A stretch of 64,000 nucleotides of DNA from NCBI GenBank assembly GCA_965215565.1, contig CBDCDZ010000004.1, forward strand, positions 3,808,001-3,872,000, in the 5' to 3' direction. The notes under the pieces were generated by a model. The model was given only the letters and a program-made list of their open reading frames with translations, ran no database searches and had not been told where the DNA came from. The stretch is from Trueperaceae bacterium. GTDB lineage: Bacteria; Deinococcota; Deinococci; Deinococcales; Trueperaceae. The first letter of the stretch is position 1; each line of letters begins with the position of its first letter. Of this stretch, positions 53,482-63,114 are shown piece after piece. The translations under genes were made by a program, and so were the position numbers.

Positions 53482-53573
53482 GGTTTTTCTCCCTCTTGGT
53501 GGACTGTCTCAACGGACTGTTTTAGGTGTGCACTGGGACGCCTTCACTGACCACCAGCCCGTCTAATTACGCT

Positions 53574-53601
53574 GTAGGGGTGGGTTTCAAACCCACCCTA
53601 C
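53574..53601. repeat. GTAG-type REP-like palindrome
   Basis: GTAGGGGTGGGTTTCAAACCCACCCTAC. Confidence 0.7.
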
Positions 53602-53639
53602 CCGGCTGCGTGCTCGGTCATAACGTATCTGCTTCTTCT

Positions 53640-54023
53640 CTAAACTGCTTGACATCCTGGGCAGAGCCCATAAAGCGTGAGTTCGTGGTCTTTCACCTGA
53701 AACCCGCCCGGCAATGTAACACCTTCTAGCACCGCTACCGGGCAAGTTGCGTCGAGTTCGAACACCCCTTCGCACGACTCACAGCGGAAGTGATGGTGAT
53801 GACCTCGCCCGGCAAGTTCGAAGCGGGCGCTTTCACCTGGCAGGTGCACCGCGACCACATCGCCCGATTCTTCCAAGCTGCTCAAGTTGCGGTAGACGGT
53901 GGCGAGCCCTAGACTCGCTTGCGCTTGGCTGGCGTTCTCTAAGACCTCTTGCGGTGTGAGCGGTCCGGGCGCGGTTTCTAGCGCCTGCACAATCGCGCGG
54001 CGCTGTGAGGTTTGGCGTTTCAT
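53640..54023 (-). CDS. Fur-family regulator, probably Zur
   Basis: LATVYRNL, HHHHFRCESC, CPGC; divergent from znuA. Confidence 0.88.
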   Translation of the reverse strand: MKRQTSQRRAIVQALETAPGPLTPQEVLENASQAQASLGLATVYRNLSSLEESGDVVAVHLPGESARFELAGRGHHHHFRCESCEGVFELDATCPVAVLEGVTLPGGFQVKDHELTLYGLCPGCQAV

Positions 54024-54120
54024 TCTCGTAGTTTACCAGATGAATAGGCAGCGCCTACGCTTACTGGGAACCTCTCTCAGCAAGTGGCGCGTCGTCGCTG
54101 GAGCATTCGCTCAACTTGGG

Positions 54121-54173
54121 TTGACAAAGCCTCGTGGCGGACCTTACGATAGCTAGATGATAATTGATTCTCG
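54121..54173 (+). promoter_or_regulatory. znuA promoter with Fur/Zur-like box over the start
   Basis: TTGACA-18-TACGAT, then ATG 6 nt later, overlapped by TGATAATTGATTCTC. Confidence 0.55.
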
Positions 54174-55131
54174 CTTCAAGAGGTGGTGCCCCAAGTGGTT
54201 TGCGGGCGTGTTTCTGCTCGCTCTGCTGATATGGACGCAAGCTGCTGCGCAAGTGACGGTCGTCACCTCCATCCACCCCTACTACGCGCTCGTGCAAGAG
54301 GTGGCAGGTGAGCGCGCTAACGTCGTGCGCCTTCTCCCGCCCGGCGCGTCACCTCACACGTTCGACCCGACGCCGCGCGACGTGGCGCAACTCGCCGAGG
54401 CGGACCTCGTCGTCTTGAACGGTGGGTTAGACGAGTGGCTCCTGGATTTAGTGAACGCCAGTGGCGCGAACGCGGCGGTGCTCGAGGTCATAAGCGAACT
54501 CGAGTTCGAGCCGCTGGGGGGCGAAGAAGCGCATGGTGAAGATGAGCACGGTGAAAATGAGTCTGGCGAAGACGAGCACGGTGAAGACAGTCATGAAGGA
54601 ACCGACCACAACCACAGCGGCGTCAACCCGCACGTGTGGCTCGAGCCTGCGCTCATGGCGGAGGTTGTGCCTATGTTCGTTGAGCGCCTCACCGAGATAG
54701 ACCCTGAGAACGCCGAGACCTACGAGGCAAACGGTGAACGGGTTGTCTCCGAACTCGGCGTGCTAAACGCCGAACTGCAAGAGGTCATGGAGCCCTTGCA
54801 AGGTGCAGCTTTCGTCCCCTTTCACGACGCCTGGCCCTACTTCGCGCGGCACTTCGGGCTCGACCTCATCGTCGAAATCGAACCCGCTCCCGGACGTGAG
54901 CCGAGCCCTGCGTATATTGCTGACGCCCTTTCCCAGATTGACGGAAGCGGCGCTAAGGCGATTTTCAGCGAGGTGCAGTTGCCCGCGCGCCCCGCCGAAG
55001 TCGTCGCGGAGAGCGCTGGCTTAACGCTCTACATTCTCGATCCTTTGGGCGGTGGCGCTGAAACCGAGAGCTACGCCGAGCTGATGCGCTACAACGTAGG
55101 CGTCGTGCAAGAGGCGTTAGGTGATGAGTAG
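54157..55131 (+). CDS. znuA: Zinc ABC substrate-binding protein
   Basis: SPHTFDP, His/acidic loop, NPHVWL, FHDAWPYF. Confidence 0.88.
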   Translation: MIIDSRFKRWCPKWFAGVFLLALLIWTQAAAQVTVVTSIHPYYALVQEVAGERANVVRLLPPGASPHTFDPTPRDVAQLAEADLVVLNGGLDEWLLDLVNASGANAAVLEVISELEFEPLGGEEAHGEDEHGENESGEDEHGEDSHEGTDHNHSGVNPHVWLEPALMAEVVPMFVERLTEIDPENAETYEANGERVVSELGVLNAELQEVMEPLQGAAFVPFHDAWPYFARHFGLDLIVEIEPAPGREPSPAYIADALSQIDGSGAKAIFSEVQLPARPAEVVAESAGLTLYILDPLGGGAETESYAELMRYNVGVVQEALGDE

Positions 55132-55143
55132 AGGGCGTTTGGT

Positions 55144-55896
55144 ATGGTTGAGCCGATGAGCGACCCGCCCGCCCTCCACATCCACCACGTCAGCGTGCGC
55201 TTCGGCGAGGTTGAAGCGTTGCAAGATGTATCGTTCGACCTCTCTAAAGGAGAATTTCTCGCCGTCGTCGGACCGAACGGGGCGGGCAAATCCACGCTCG
55301 TCAAGGTGGCGTTGGGGCTCATCAAGCCGAATAAGGGTCACGCGGCGCTCTTCGGGCAAGATGCGGGCAAGAATCCCGAGCGCATCGGCTACGTGCCGCA
55401 GCTCAAGACCTTCGACCGTTCCTTTCCAGCGACCGCCCTGGAACTCGTCGTGTCGGGATTGCGGCGGCGCTGGCCCGCGCGGATTAAGCGTGAAGAGAGG
55501 GAGAAAGCGCGAGCCGCCCTCGCGCAAGTCGGCGCGGACGCGCTCCTCTCGCGTCCCCTCGCCAAGCTCTCCGGCGGCGAGTTGCAGCGGGCATTTTTGG
55601 CGCGCGCTTTAGTCAGGAAACCTGACATCGTCCTCCTCGATGAGCCCGCGACGGGCGTGGACTTTTTAGCCGAGCACGACCTCTACGACCTCTTGGAGCG
55701 CTACCAGACGGAGACGGGCGCAACCGTCGCCATGATCACGCACGACCTCTCAGCGGCTCGCTACCACGCCTCCAAAGTCGTCGTCTTGAACCGCCGTTTG
55801 CACGGTTTCGGTTTGCCCCAAGAGGTGCTCTGCGAGCGCTGTCTCAAGGATGCTTATGGTCACGTCGGGCACGCGCATGAGGTTATTACTTTATGA
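55144..55896 (+). CDS. znuC: Zinc ABC ATP-binding protein
   Basis: GPNGAGKST, LSGGELQR, LDEP, His-rich tail. Confidence 0.88.
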   Translation: MVEPMSDPPALHIHHVSVRFGEVEALQDVSFDLSKGEFLAVVGPNGAGKSTLVKVALGLIKPNKGHAALFGQDAGKNPERIGYVPQLKTFDRSFPATALELVVSGLRRRWPARIKREEREKARAALAQVGADALLSRPLAKLSGGELQRAFLARALVRKPDIVLLDEPATGVDFLAEHDLYDLLERYQTETGATVAMITHDLSAARYHASKVVVLNRRLHGFGLPQEVLCERCLKDAYGHVGHAHEVITL

Positions 55897-55926
55897 ACCG
55901 CGCCGTGATTCAGTCGTGACGGTGGT

Positions 55927-56739
55927 TTGATGGACGGGCTTATCGAGGTCTTTCAGTATCCCTTTATGCAGCGGGCACTCCTAGCCGGGCTTTTGGTAGC
56001 GGTTTCCGCAGCCCTCTTAGGCGTCTTCGTCGTGCAGCGCGGCTTGTCCTTTTTAGGGGACGGGCTCGCGCACGCTTCCTTCGGTGGCGTCGCCTTAGGG
56101 CTCCTCATCGGCGTGAGCCAGCCACTTTGGGTGGCGCTACCCTTCACGCTAGGCGCGTCACTTGGCATCGCGTGGGTGCGCGAGCGCACACAACTCTCGT
56201 CGGATACCGCTATCGGCATCTTCTTCGCTGTGTCGGTGGCTTTGGGTGTCCTTTTTATCAGTCTGCAAGAGGGTTACACCGTAGACGCCTGGCAACTCCT
56301 ATTTGGCTCGATTCTAGGCATTACTCAGGGTGACCTCTGGGTGGTTACAGGGGTAGCGCTCCTCAGCGTGTCGCTCTTCGTGCCGCTTTGGGGACAGCTT
56401 GCCTACGCAACCTTCGACGCGGAGTTGGCGCAGACGGACGGGGTGGAAGTGCGGGGGCTCGAGTACCTCTTATTCGCCCTCGCCGCCGTGATTATCGTCG
56501 TGAGCGTCAAGGTCGTTGGCGTGATTCTCATCGCCTCGTACCTCGTCATCCCCGCCGCCGCCGCGAGGCTCCTCTCGCGCTCACTCTTCTCTATGACGCT
56601 GCTGAGTATCCTCATCGGTTTAGTGAGTACGGCGTTTGGGCTCATGCTCTCGTACTTTCTGGATGTACCCAGTGGCAGCACCATCATCTTGACGCAAGCA
56701 GCGGTGTTCGTCGTGGCGGCGCTCTTTGCAAAAGGGTGA
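55927..56739 (+). CDS. znuB: Zinc ABC permease
   Basis: GDGLAHASFGG, LFGSIL, VGVILI. Confidence 0.88.
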   Translation: MMDGLIEVFQYPFMQRALLAGLLVAVSAALLGVFVVQRGLSFLGDGLAHASFGGVALGLLIGVSQPLWVALPFTLGASLGIAWVRERTQLSSDTAIGIFFAVSVALGVLFISLQEGYTVDAWQLLFGSILGITQGDLWVVTGVALLSVSLFVPLWGQLAYATFDAELAQTDGVEVRGLEYLLFALAAVIIVVSVKVVGVILIASYLVIPAAAARLLSRSLFSMTLLSILIGLVSTAFGLMLSYFLDVPSGSTIILTQAAVFVVAALFAKG

Positions 56740-56740
56740 A

Positions 56741-56803
56741 AGAAAGCAACGAGCAATGAGTGAAAATCTTTAGACTCATTGCTCATTGCTCGTTGCTTTC
56801 AAC
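56741..56803. repeat. GAGCAAT heptamer inverted repeat (possible terminator)
   Basis: GAAAGCAACGAGCAATGAG ... CTCATTGCTCGTTGCTTTC. Confidence 0.65.
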
Positions 56804-56859
56804 TGTCTTTAAGAGGTAGAGCGCAGTCTCGAGCCTCATTCCATGCCTAAACTGAGCCT

Positions 56860-57201
56860 ATGACCCATCAACTCGTCAAGGAAAACCACATCATGTCGGG
56901 CAACCTCTCCGGCATCGAGCGCATCTACCGCTGCGCGAACGACTACGGCGCAATCGTCTACAATGAGCCGCCCGGCTCTGAGTTCGCGGACCGTTTGCTC
57001 GTCACGCCCGTGCATTTTGACAGCGAAGACGATAGCAGCTACAAAATCCTCTCCACCGAAGAGGTCACGGAAGGTGTCGAGTCGGGCTCGCTCATGCGCC
57101 CTAAATTCATCTTTGACGCCGAAGAGGTCGACGTGATTTTAGACCAGCTATGCGCTTACACGGGAGAGGAGCGTCAAGACGGTGGAACAGCTTACGCATG
57201 A
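56860..57201 (+). CDS. Hypothetical protein
   Basis: 113-aa ORF with TAAACT 6 nt upstream. Confidence 0.6.
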   Translation: MTHQLVKENHIMSGNLSGIERIYRCANDYGAIVYNEPPGSEFADRLLVTPVHFDSEDDSSYKILSTEEVTEGVESGSLMRPKFIFDAEEVDVILDQLCAYTGEERQDGGTAYA

Positions 57202-57400
57202 GGAATTCTTAGCGCTTTCACCCGAAGAGATGCAAGGGCGCACCGGTATTCAAGTACCTGAAAGCGCGAGCGAAGAGGAACTAGAAAGCTACAAACAAAA
57301 GGCGTGGGAGAGCTACAAGCAAGACATCAAAACGAGAGACCAGTGGGGCACGGCGGACCAGTCCACGCCACTGCCGCACGGGGAAGAGCCGGAAGTTTAG
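57182..57400 (+). CDS. Small acidic hypothetical protein
   Basis: GAGGAG RBS; overlaps the previous gene. Confidence 0.55.
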   Translation: MEQLTHEEFLALSPEEMQGRTGIQVPESASEEELESYKQKAWESYKQDIKTRDQWGTADQSTPLPHGEEPEV

Positions 57401-57517
57401 AAAGCAAGTAGCCAGTAGTCAGAATTCAGTAGGAGCGTCACGCTGACTGCTGACTTCTGTCTGCTCTTCTTTTACACCCTTTTTGGCTTTTTACACCTTT
57501 TAGCTCATACTTACTTT

Positions 57518-57790
57518 ATGGCACTGAACATCAAAAACCAAGAGGTCGAACGGCTCGCCGCTGAGGTGAGTGAGCTGACGGGCGAGAGCAAGACGCAGGC
57601 GATTCGCAAGGCGTTAGAGGAGCGTAAAGAGCGGCTCGCTTTGCAAGGTAAGCGCAAGTTGAGCGCAGAAGAGCTGTCCGCGTTCATGGAGGAGCGCGTT
57701 TGGTCCAAGATTCCCAAAGAGTTGCGCGGCAAAGGTATTTCTCAGGAGGAGCAGGACGAGATTTTGGGTTACGGCCCCGAAGGATTCTAG
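57518..57790 (+). CDS. vapB: VapB antitoxin (Rv0623-like)
   Basis: MALNIKNQEVERLAAEV...TGESKTQAIRKAL...DEILGY. Confidence 0.88.
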   Translation: MALNIKNQEVERLAAEVSELTGESKTQAIRKALEERKERLALQGKRKLSAEELSAFMEERVWSKIPKELRGKGISQEEQDEILGYGPEGF

Positions 57791-58168
57791 GTGATTCTGG
57801 ATACCTCCGTGATTATCGCGGTGATTCAAGAGGAGCCTAATCACATGATGCTTTTGGGTAAGCTCCAAGCCGCTGAAACTATAGGGGTAGGTACACCCAC
57901 CTTAGTTGAGGTGGGCCTCGTCTTAGGCTCGCGCTTGGCGAATGCGGAAGTTATCCTTGCGGCATTTTTAGAGCTTCATAACGTTTACCCCATCGCTTTT
58001 GGTGAGCAGCACTGGCGCGAGGCCACCACCGCCTTTCTCCGCTTCGGCCGCCACCCTGCTAAGCTCAACTTCGGAGACTGTCTCAGTTACGCCACCGCGA
58101 AAGTTGCGAACAAACCGCTTCTCTACGTCGGGGACGATTTCGCGCAGACAGACATCGCGCGCGCCTAG
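57791..58168 (+). CDS. vapC: VapC PIN toxin
   Basis: ILDTSVIIA, LNFGDCLSYA, GDDF. Confidence 0.9.
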   Translation: MILDTSVIIAVIQEEPNHMMLLGKLQAAETIGVGTPTLVEVGLVLGSRLANAEVILAAFLELHNVYPIAFGEQHWREATTAFLRFGRHPAKLNFGDCLSYATAKVANKPLLYVGDDFAQTDIARA

Positions 58169-58262
58169 AGACCGCCTTCACCTCTTTGAAATGCGGGCTA
58201 AAGAGAACGTATCAGCAGGTCTCGAGCTGCGCTGGTATTTTCATCTTTCAACCGTTTCAGGC

Positions 58263-60101
58263 CTAATCGGACGCAACCTCTTCTTTCCGACTCACCTTTT
58301 CCGCTAACCCCAAGCGCGGCAACTTCTCGTCCACCTTGCGCTTGACCTCTTGGGTCATGGTGATCTTGTCGGGCCACGCTCTCGAGAATCCCTCCTCAGC
58401 GAGCTTGGGCGTTCCGTCCATCACGAACATCGGACCGCTCACGCCTTCTAAAATCTGCACGTCGCGCTCGGGGTCGATGTTGTTTAAGAGCGTCCAGATG
58501 CAATCTTCGAAGTCTTGCGGATTCGTCTCGTTATCCAATACGGCGATGAGGCGCACACCTTCCGCTTGCGGCTGCTGCGCCGCCCACTCGCCCAAACGCT
58601 GACCTTGCCCCGCTCGCTTTTTCTCTACCGTGATGAACCAGAAGCCGCCCTCAAGCTGATGCTGACTCGCAATCTCTGGGTGTTTCGGCAGGTCTTTTTC
58701 CAAACGTGTCGGATTGGGCTGCCAGGCTTTATTTTCACCCTCCTCGTCATGCTTCACCGTCCCGTCCACGATGAGCTTACTCCCGTAACTCCAGGCGCGG
58801 CTCGAGTGGTCCAGCACATCGGTTGGACCCTTCGCAAACTGCGAATCGCGCCCCGGCACGGCGTTTTTCAGCACGGTGCGCCAGAACGCTAAGTGCTTCT
58901 GCGGCGGAGCGTCTTCATCCGTTACGAGCAACACTTTGGCGAACATCATCTGTCCGAGTCCCAAAAGCCCGTTCGCCACCTTGTACGCCTGCCCTGGATA
59001 CTCCTTGTTGATGACGATGTTCACGAGATTGTGCGCGATGCCTGCGGGCGGCATGTGGTAGTCGCGCAGTTCACTCATGATGAGCTGCGCGGGAATCAAA
59101 AAGATACGCTCGGACGCTTCGATGAGGTAGGCGTCCTCCATCGGCGGACGCCCCACGATGGTCGCGGGGTAGACCGGATTTTTGCGCATGGTGATGGCGG
59201 TGACGTGAAAGGCGGGATAGAGGTCTTGCAGCGTGTAGAAACCTGTGTGGTCACCGAAGGGTCCTTCGGTACGCCAAGGCTCGTTCGGGTCGATGTAGCC
59301 TTCTAAGACAAACTCCGCTTGCGACGGAACCTCCAAATCCACCGTGACGCCTTTGCAAAGTTCAATAGACTTACCTCTTAAAAACCCCGTGAGCGAGAAC
59401 TCGTTGATGCCGGGGATGGGCGGGATGGGTGCGGTGGCGGCGTAGGTGAGTGCGGGGTCTCCGCCCAAGGCGACGGCCACCTCGAGCCTACGCCCCAACC
59501 TCTTCGCCTTCTCCAGATGTCGCGCCCCCGTCTTGTGGCGCTGCCAGTGCATCCCCGTCGTGTTGCGGTCAAAGATTTGCATCCGGTACATGCCGATATT
59601 CACGTCACCTGTTTCGGGGTTTTTGGAGATAACCAGAGGCAGCGTGACGAAGGGTCCGCCGTCTTGGGGCCAGCATTTGAGCACCGGAAGTTTATTAAGG
59701 TCCACCTCATCGCCGCGCCACACCACCTCTTGCACCGGTCCCGAACGCACGCGCTTTGGGGGCAGCGAGGCGAGTTCTTTGAGTTTCGGCAAGTTCGAGG
59801 CGAGACCCAAGAGCCCGCCGCCTAGCTTGACTTCGGTGAGGTCACGGATGCGCTCACCAACCGCGTCCAAGCTCTGTGCGCCCAAAGCCAGCGCCATGCG
59901 CTCCCGCGTGCCGTAGAGTCCGATGACGAGTGGGAAGTCCTTGCCCTCGACGTTCTCGAAAAATAAAGCAGGACCGCCCTGCTTGACCATGCGGTCGGCG
60001 ATTTCGGTGATTTCTAGGTCATGAGAGACTGGCTCGGTAATGCGGACGAGTTCACCGCGCTTTTCCAGTTCAGCGATGAAATTTTGGAGGTTTGAATACA
60101 T
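58263..60101 (-). CDS. UbiD-family decarboxylase (menaquinone futalosine-pathway type)
   Basis: EITEIADR, NIGMYR, EGPFGDHTGFY, GRPPMED, DVLDHS. Confidence 0.9.
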   Translation of the reverse strand: MYSNLQNFIAELEKRGELVRITEPVSHDLEITEIADRMVKQGGPALFFENVEGKDFPLVIGLYGTRERMALALGAQSLDAVGERIRDLTEVKLGGGLLGLASNLPKLKELASLPPKRVRSGPVQEVVWRGDEVDLNKLPVLKCWPQDGGPFVTLPLVISKNPETGDVNIGMYRMQIFDRNTTGMHWQRHKTGARHLEKAKRLGRRLEVAVALGGDPALTYAATAPIPPIPGINEFSLTGFLRGKSIELCKGVTVDLEVPSQAEFVLEGYIDPNEPWRTEGPFGDHTGFYTLQDLYPAFHVTAITMRKNPVYPATIVGRPPMEDAYLIEASERIFLIPAQLIMSELRDYHMPPAGIAHNLVNIVINKEYPGQAYKVANGLLGLGQMMFAKVLLVTDEDAPPQKHLAFWRTVLKNAVPGRDSQFAKGPTDVLDHSSRAWSYGSKLIVDGTVKHDEEGENKAWQPNPTRLEKDLPKHPEIASQHQLEGGFWFITVEKKRAGQGQRLGEWAAQQPQAEGVRLIAVLDNETNPQDFEDCIWTLLNNIDPERDVQILEGVSGPMFVMDGTPKLAEEGFSRAWPDKITMTQEVKRKVDEKLPRLGLAEKVSRKEEVASD

Positions 60102-60127
60102 ACCTCATGGTACTCGGGTGCCTTCTT

Positions 60128-60319
60128 TTACTCCCTGTGGTGGGGTACAAATGGTGATTTTTCTGCGTTTAGTTCGAACCTATCTTCGCGGTCTTCGCTG
60201 AGGATAGTTTCGATAGAGAGGTTGTGCTCTCCTGTCGCAACACTTTTTTGTAGCTCTGCAAGCTCTTCAGCCCAGCGTTTCGTATCCAGCTTGCCGCCAT
60301 CTTGTTTCGCCTTAGTCAT
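60128..60319 (-). CDS. Small hypothetical protein (orphan antitoxin-like)
   Basis: TAAGAT 6 nt before ATG; SIETILSEDREDR resembles antitoxin C-termini. Confidence 0.4.
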   Translation of the reverse strand: MTKAKQDGGKLDTKRWAEELAELQKSVATGEHNLSIETILSEDREDRFELNAEKSPFVPHHRE

Positions 60320-60370
60320 ACTGCTATCTTAGCCTCTTTGCGGGCTCATCAAAAGAAAACGCATGTATTT

Positions 60371-61129
60371 TTATTCATTAGCTGGTTCAAAGATGAGAAA
60401 ACCACCTGGGGTAAAAGTGAGTTTGAAATTTTGGTTCTCGAGTTTATCAAAGTAGCTCGTTGATATAGCTCCTTCAGACCCGCTCTGCCATTCGCTCGCA
60501 GACAAATATTCCAACATATAGCGCGTATCCTCGCGGAACGTCTCCCAATCAGAAGAGGTGAGACCACAAACAGCGCTCTTTTGCTCGGCGAACTCGGAAA
60601 ACTCATCGTGGTTGACGCAGTCAACGACACGCACGTCAGCCTCTATGAAAATAGCATCAATGAGATAGTTCGAACTTTGCTGACCTCGTTCTGAGATAGG
60701 GGGCACAAGATAATCGATATTTAGAATGGTTGAACTCCATATGCGCCATTCGCCCTCATGTTGGCGAAACGCCCATAGCTGGTCTACGGCGTTATCTGCA
60801 AACGAAGGCCCACTCAACTTTCGCGTCAGGTATTCGATGCGGGCATAGGCATAATCCTTATCTTGAGCGAGAAATATCCAGTGCTTACCTGGAGAGTAAG
60901 TAAGGTCGTAGGTAGTTGACACCTGCCGAGCAATCTCTAAGCTCTGTCCGAGGAATAGGCTGTCAGGGTGGAGCGTATTTTCTATCGCTTGCAAATCTTC
61001 AGCTTCAAGCGCTTCGAAATGTTCTTGGACTAGAGTATGGAGTTGATTTTCTAACCAGACATTTTGGCAAAAAGCGAAAGAAAAGAGGCAAAAAGTGAGT
61101 GTAGCGATTATGAGTTTTGGCGTAACCAT
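60371..61129 (-). CDS. Secreted NTF2/SnoaL-like protein
   Basis: Signal peptide; HFEALEAEDL...LHPDS...FRQHEGEWRIW. Confidence 0.6.
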   Translation of the reverse strand: MVTPKLIIATLTFCLFSFAFCQNVWLENQLHTLVQEHFEALEAEDLQAIENTLHPDSLFLGQSLEIARQVSTTYDLTYSPGKHWIFLAQDKDYAYARIEYLTRKLSGPSFADNAVDQLWAFRQHEGEWRIWSSTILNIDYLVPPISERGQQSSNYLIDAIFIEADVRVVDCVNHDEFSEFAEQKSAVCGLTSSDWETFREDTRYMLEYLSASEWQSGSEGAISTSYFDKLENQNFKLTFTPGGFLIFEPANE

Positions 61130-61231
61130 AGAGTAATCGTAAAGGTCTGAAATGGCACTTCAGATGCAAAAGCTAACAACTTGGAGGTGAGGAATCAGCA
61201 AATCTCGTAGAATTCACGGTAAACTAACGCC

Positions 61232-61804
61232 GTGAACCCTCCCCTCATCCTCGCTAGCGCCTCCCCCCGCCGCCGCGACCTCTTGCAAAACTTAGGCTTG
61301 AGCTTCGACATCATCCCCGCCGATATTGACGAGACCCCTCTACCGGACGAGTCACCGGACGCGCTCGTAAGCCGCTTGAGCATATCGAAAGCTGCCGCCA
61401 TCGCCGCGCAAAACGGCAACGCCCTCGTCATCGCCGCCGATACCGTCGTGACGTTAGAGGGTGACGTGCTCGGCAAACCAAAAGACAGCGCCGAGAACAA
61501 GAGGTTCACCGAACGCCTTTCAGGAAGAACCCACCGCGTCTATACCGGGCACGCCGCGCAACGAGGTGAAGAGGTTGCCGCGTGCGTCATCTCGACGGAG
61601 GTGCGCTTTCGTGACCTCTCGGAACGTGAAATCGACTGGTACGTCTCTACAGGCGAAGGCATGGATAAAGCGGGCGGCTACGCCATTCAGGGGTACGGCG
61701 CAGCTTTAGTGAGCGAGATTCACGGGTGCTACTTCAACGTGGTGGGGCTCAGCGTGGCGAATCTGCTCGAGCTAACCAAGAGGTTGGGCGTAGAACTTAT
61801 CTGA
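61232..61804 (+). CDS. maf: Maf nucleotide pyrophosphatase
   Basis: ILASASPRRRDLL, ADTVV, LGKP, DKAGGYAIQG. Confidence 0.94.
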   Translation: MNPPLILASASPRRRDLLQNLGLSFDIIPADIDETPLPDESPDALVSRLSISKAAAIAAQNGNALVIAADTVVTLEGDVLGKPKDSAENKRFTERLSGRTHRVYTGHAAQRGEEVAACVISTEVRFRDLSEREIDWYVSTGEGMDKAGGYAIQGYGAALVSEIHGCYFNVVGLSVANLLELTKRLGVELI

Positions 61805-61812
61805 TCGGCGGC

Positions 61813-62175
61813 TCAAAGGTCCGCTCTAAGCGCGACGATGCGCCCCCTCACCCCGTCCCAACATTCCTGCGTGAACCTGCGAAATACGAAGGGACGCCGC
61901 TTTCCGAAACGGTGATTTTCGAGAATTTGCTCCGTGAGATACTCGAGCCTATACCCCGCCCACTCGGGCGCAGGCAGCATGAACAGGTTGAAGCGGCACG
62001 CGGGCAGCACCTCCTCGAAAAGGATATCCTCAAGCTCCTCTAAAGAGTATTTCGACGCGGCGCACGTGCGGGCGATGCCCTCGGCGAAGATGGCGGTGTC
62101 CGTGTCCATGAAGAACATCTGCATGGCGTCCCAGATATCCTGGCGGTCTTGGAGGTCTTGTTCTGGCGGTTGCAC
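61813..62175 (-). CDS. Hypothetical protein
   Basis: 120-aa ORF (IWDAMQMFFMDT...YSLEELEDILFEEV). Confidence 0.6.
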   Translation of the reverse strand: MQPPEQDLQDRQDIWDAMQMFFMDTDTAIFAEGIARTCAASKYSLEELEDILFEEVLPACRFNLFMLPAPEWAGYRLEYLTEQILENHRFGKRRPFVFRRFTQECWDGVRGRIVALRADL

Positions 62176-62197
62176 GGCTTTAGAACCCCTTAACGGC

Positions 62198-63001
62198 TCA
62201 GCGCCCTTTAGGGTCTAAATAGTCCCTGAGCCCATCCCCCAGCAAACTCCACCCCAAGACCGTCATCACAATCGCCAACCCCGGCACGAGCACGGGATAC
62301 GGACTAAACGCGATAAACCCCTGCGCCTCGCGCAGCATGTTGCCCCAACTCGGCGTGCGCGGCGGCGTACCGAGTCCTAGAAAACTGAGCGCCGCTTCCG
62401 CCAAAACTGCTACCGCTAAGCTGAGACTCGCTTGCACGATGATAGGGGAGAGGGTGCTCGGTAACACGTGGCGCAAGAGGACGCGAGAGCCGCTCGCCCC
62501 CAACGCCCGCCCTGCCTCCACAAAGTCCTGATTTTTCACCGACAAGACCGACGAGCGCATGAGCCGGGCGAAGAGAGGGGTGCTGGCGATACCAATGGCG
62601 ACCATCGCGGTGAGCGTGCCTTCGCCGTAAATCGCCGCGAGGAGCAGTGCCATGAGAATCGCGGGGAAAGCGTAGAACACGTCTACGAGGCGCATCAAGA
62701 CCTCATCGAGCCAGCCGCCGAAGTAGCCCGCGAGTGCCCCGATGGTGCAGCCGAGTGTGAGGGCGATGCCGACTGCCACGACGCCGACGAAGAGGGTCAA
62801 CCTCGAGCCCACCAACACCCGGCTCAAGAGGTCGCGCCCGAAGTCGTCCGTGCCCAAGAGGTGTTCGGCGCTAGGCGGGGCAAAGCGAGCAGAAAAATCC
62901 ATCGCGTTAGGGTCGTAGGGGAGCCAGACGAAGCTGAGAAGTGCCGCCGAGAGGACGATGGTGACGAGAATCGTGCCGAGGATGAGATTAGCGCGAATCA
63001 T
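62198..63001 (-). CDS. Peptide/nickel ABC permease (DppC/OppC)
   Basis: HLLGTDDFGRDLLSR, EAA loop FVEAGRALGAS, EAALSFLGLG. Confidence 0.92.
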   Translation of the reverse strand: MIRANLILGTILVTIVLSAALLSFVWLPYDPNAMDFSARFAPPSAEHLLGTDDFGRDLLSRVLVGSRLTLFVGVVAVGIALTLGCTIGALAGYFGGWLDEVLMRLVDVFYAFPAILMALLLAAIYGEGTLTAMVAIGIASTPLFARLMRSSVLSVKNQDFVEAGRALGASGSRVLLRHVLPSTLSPIIVQASLSLAVAVLAEAALSFLGLGTPPRTPSWGNMLREAQGFIAFSPYPVLVPGLAIVMTVLGWSLLGDGLRDYLDPKGR

Positions 63002-63114
63002 AGAGGTAAAAGAGAAGAGGGTAAAGGTAAAAGAGAATAAGGACTGAGCGAAAAGAGGTATGTGCAGCTTTACTTTTCTCTTTCCTCTTTGTCCTTTCAT
63101 CTGCCTATACCTTT

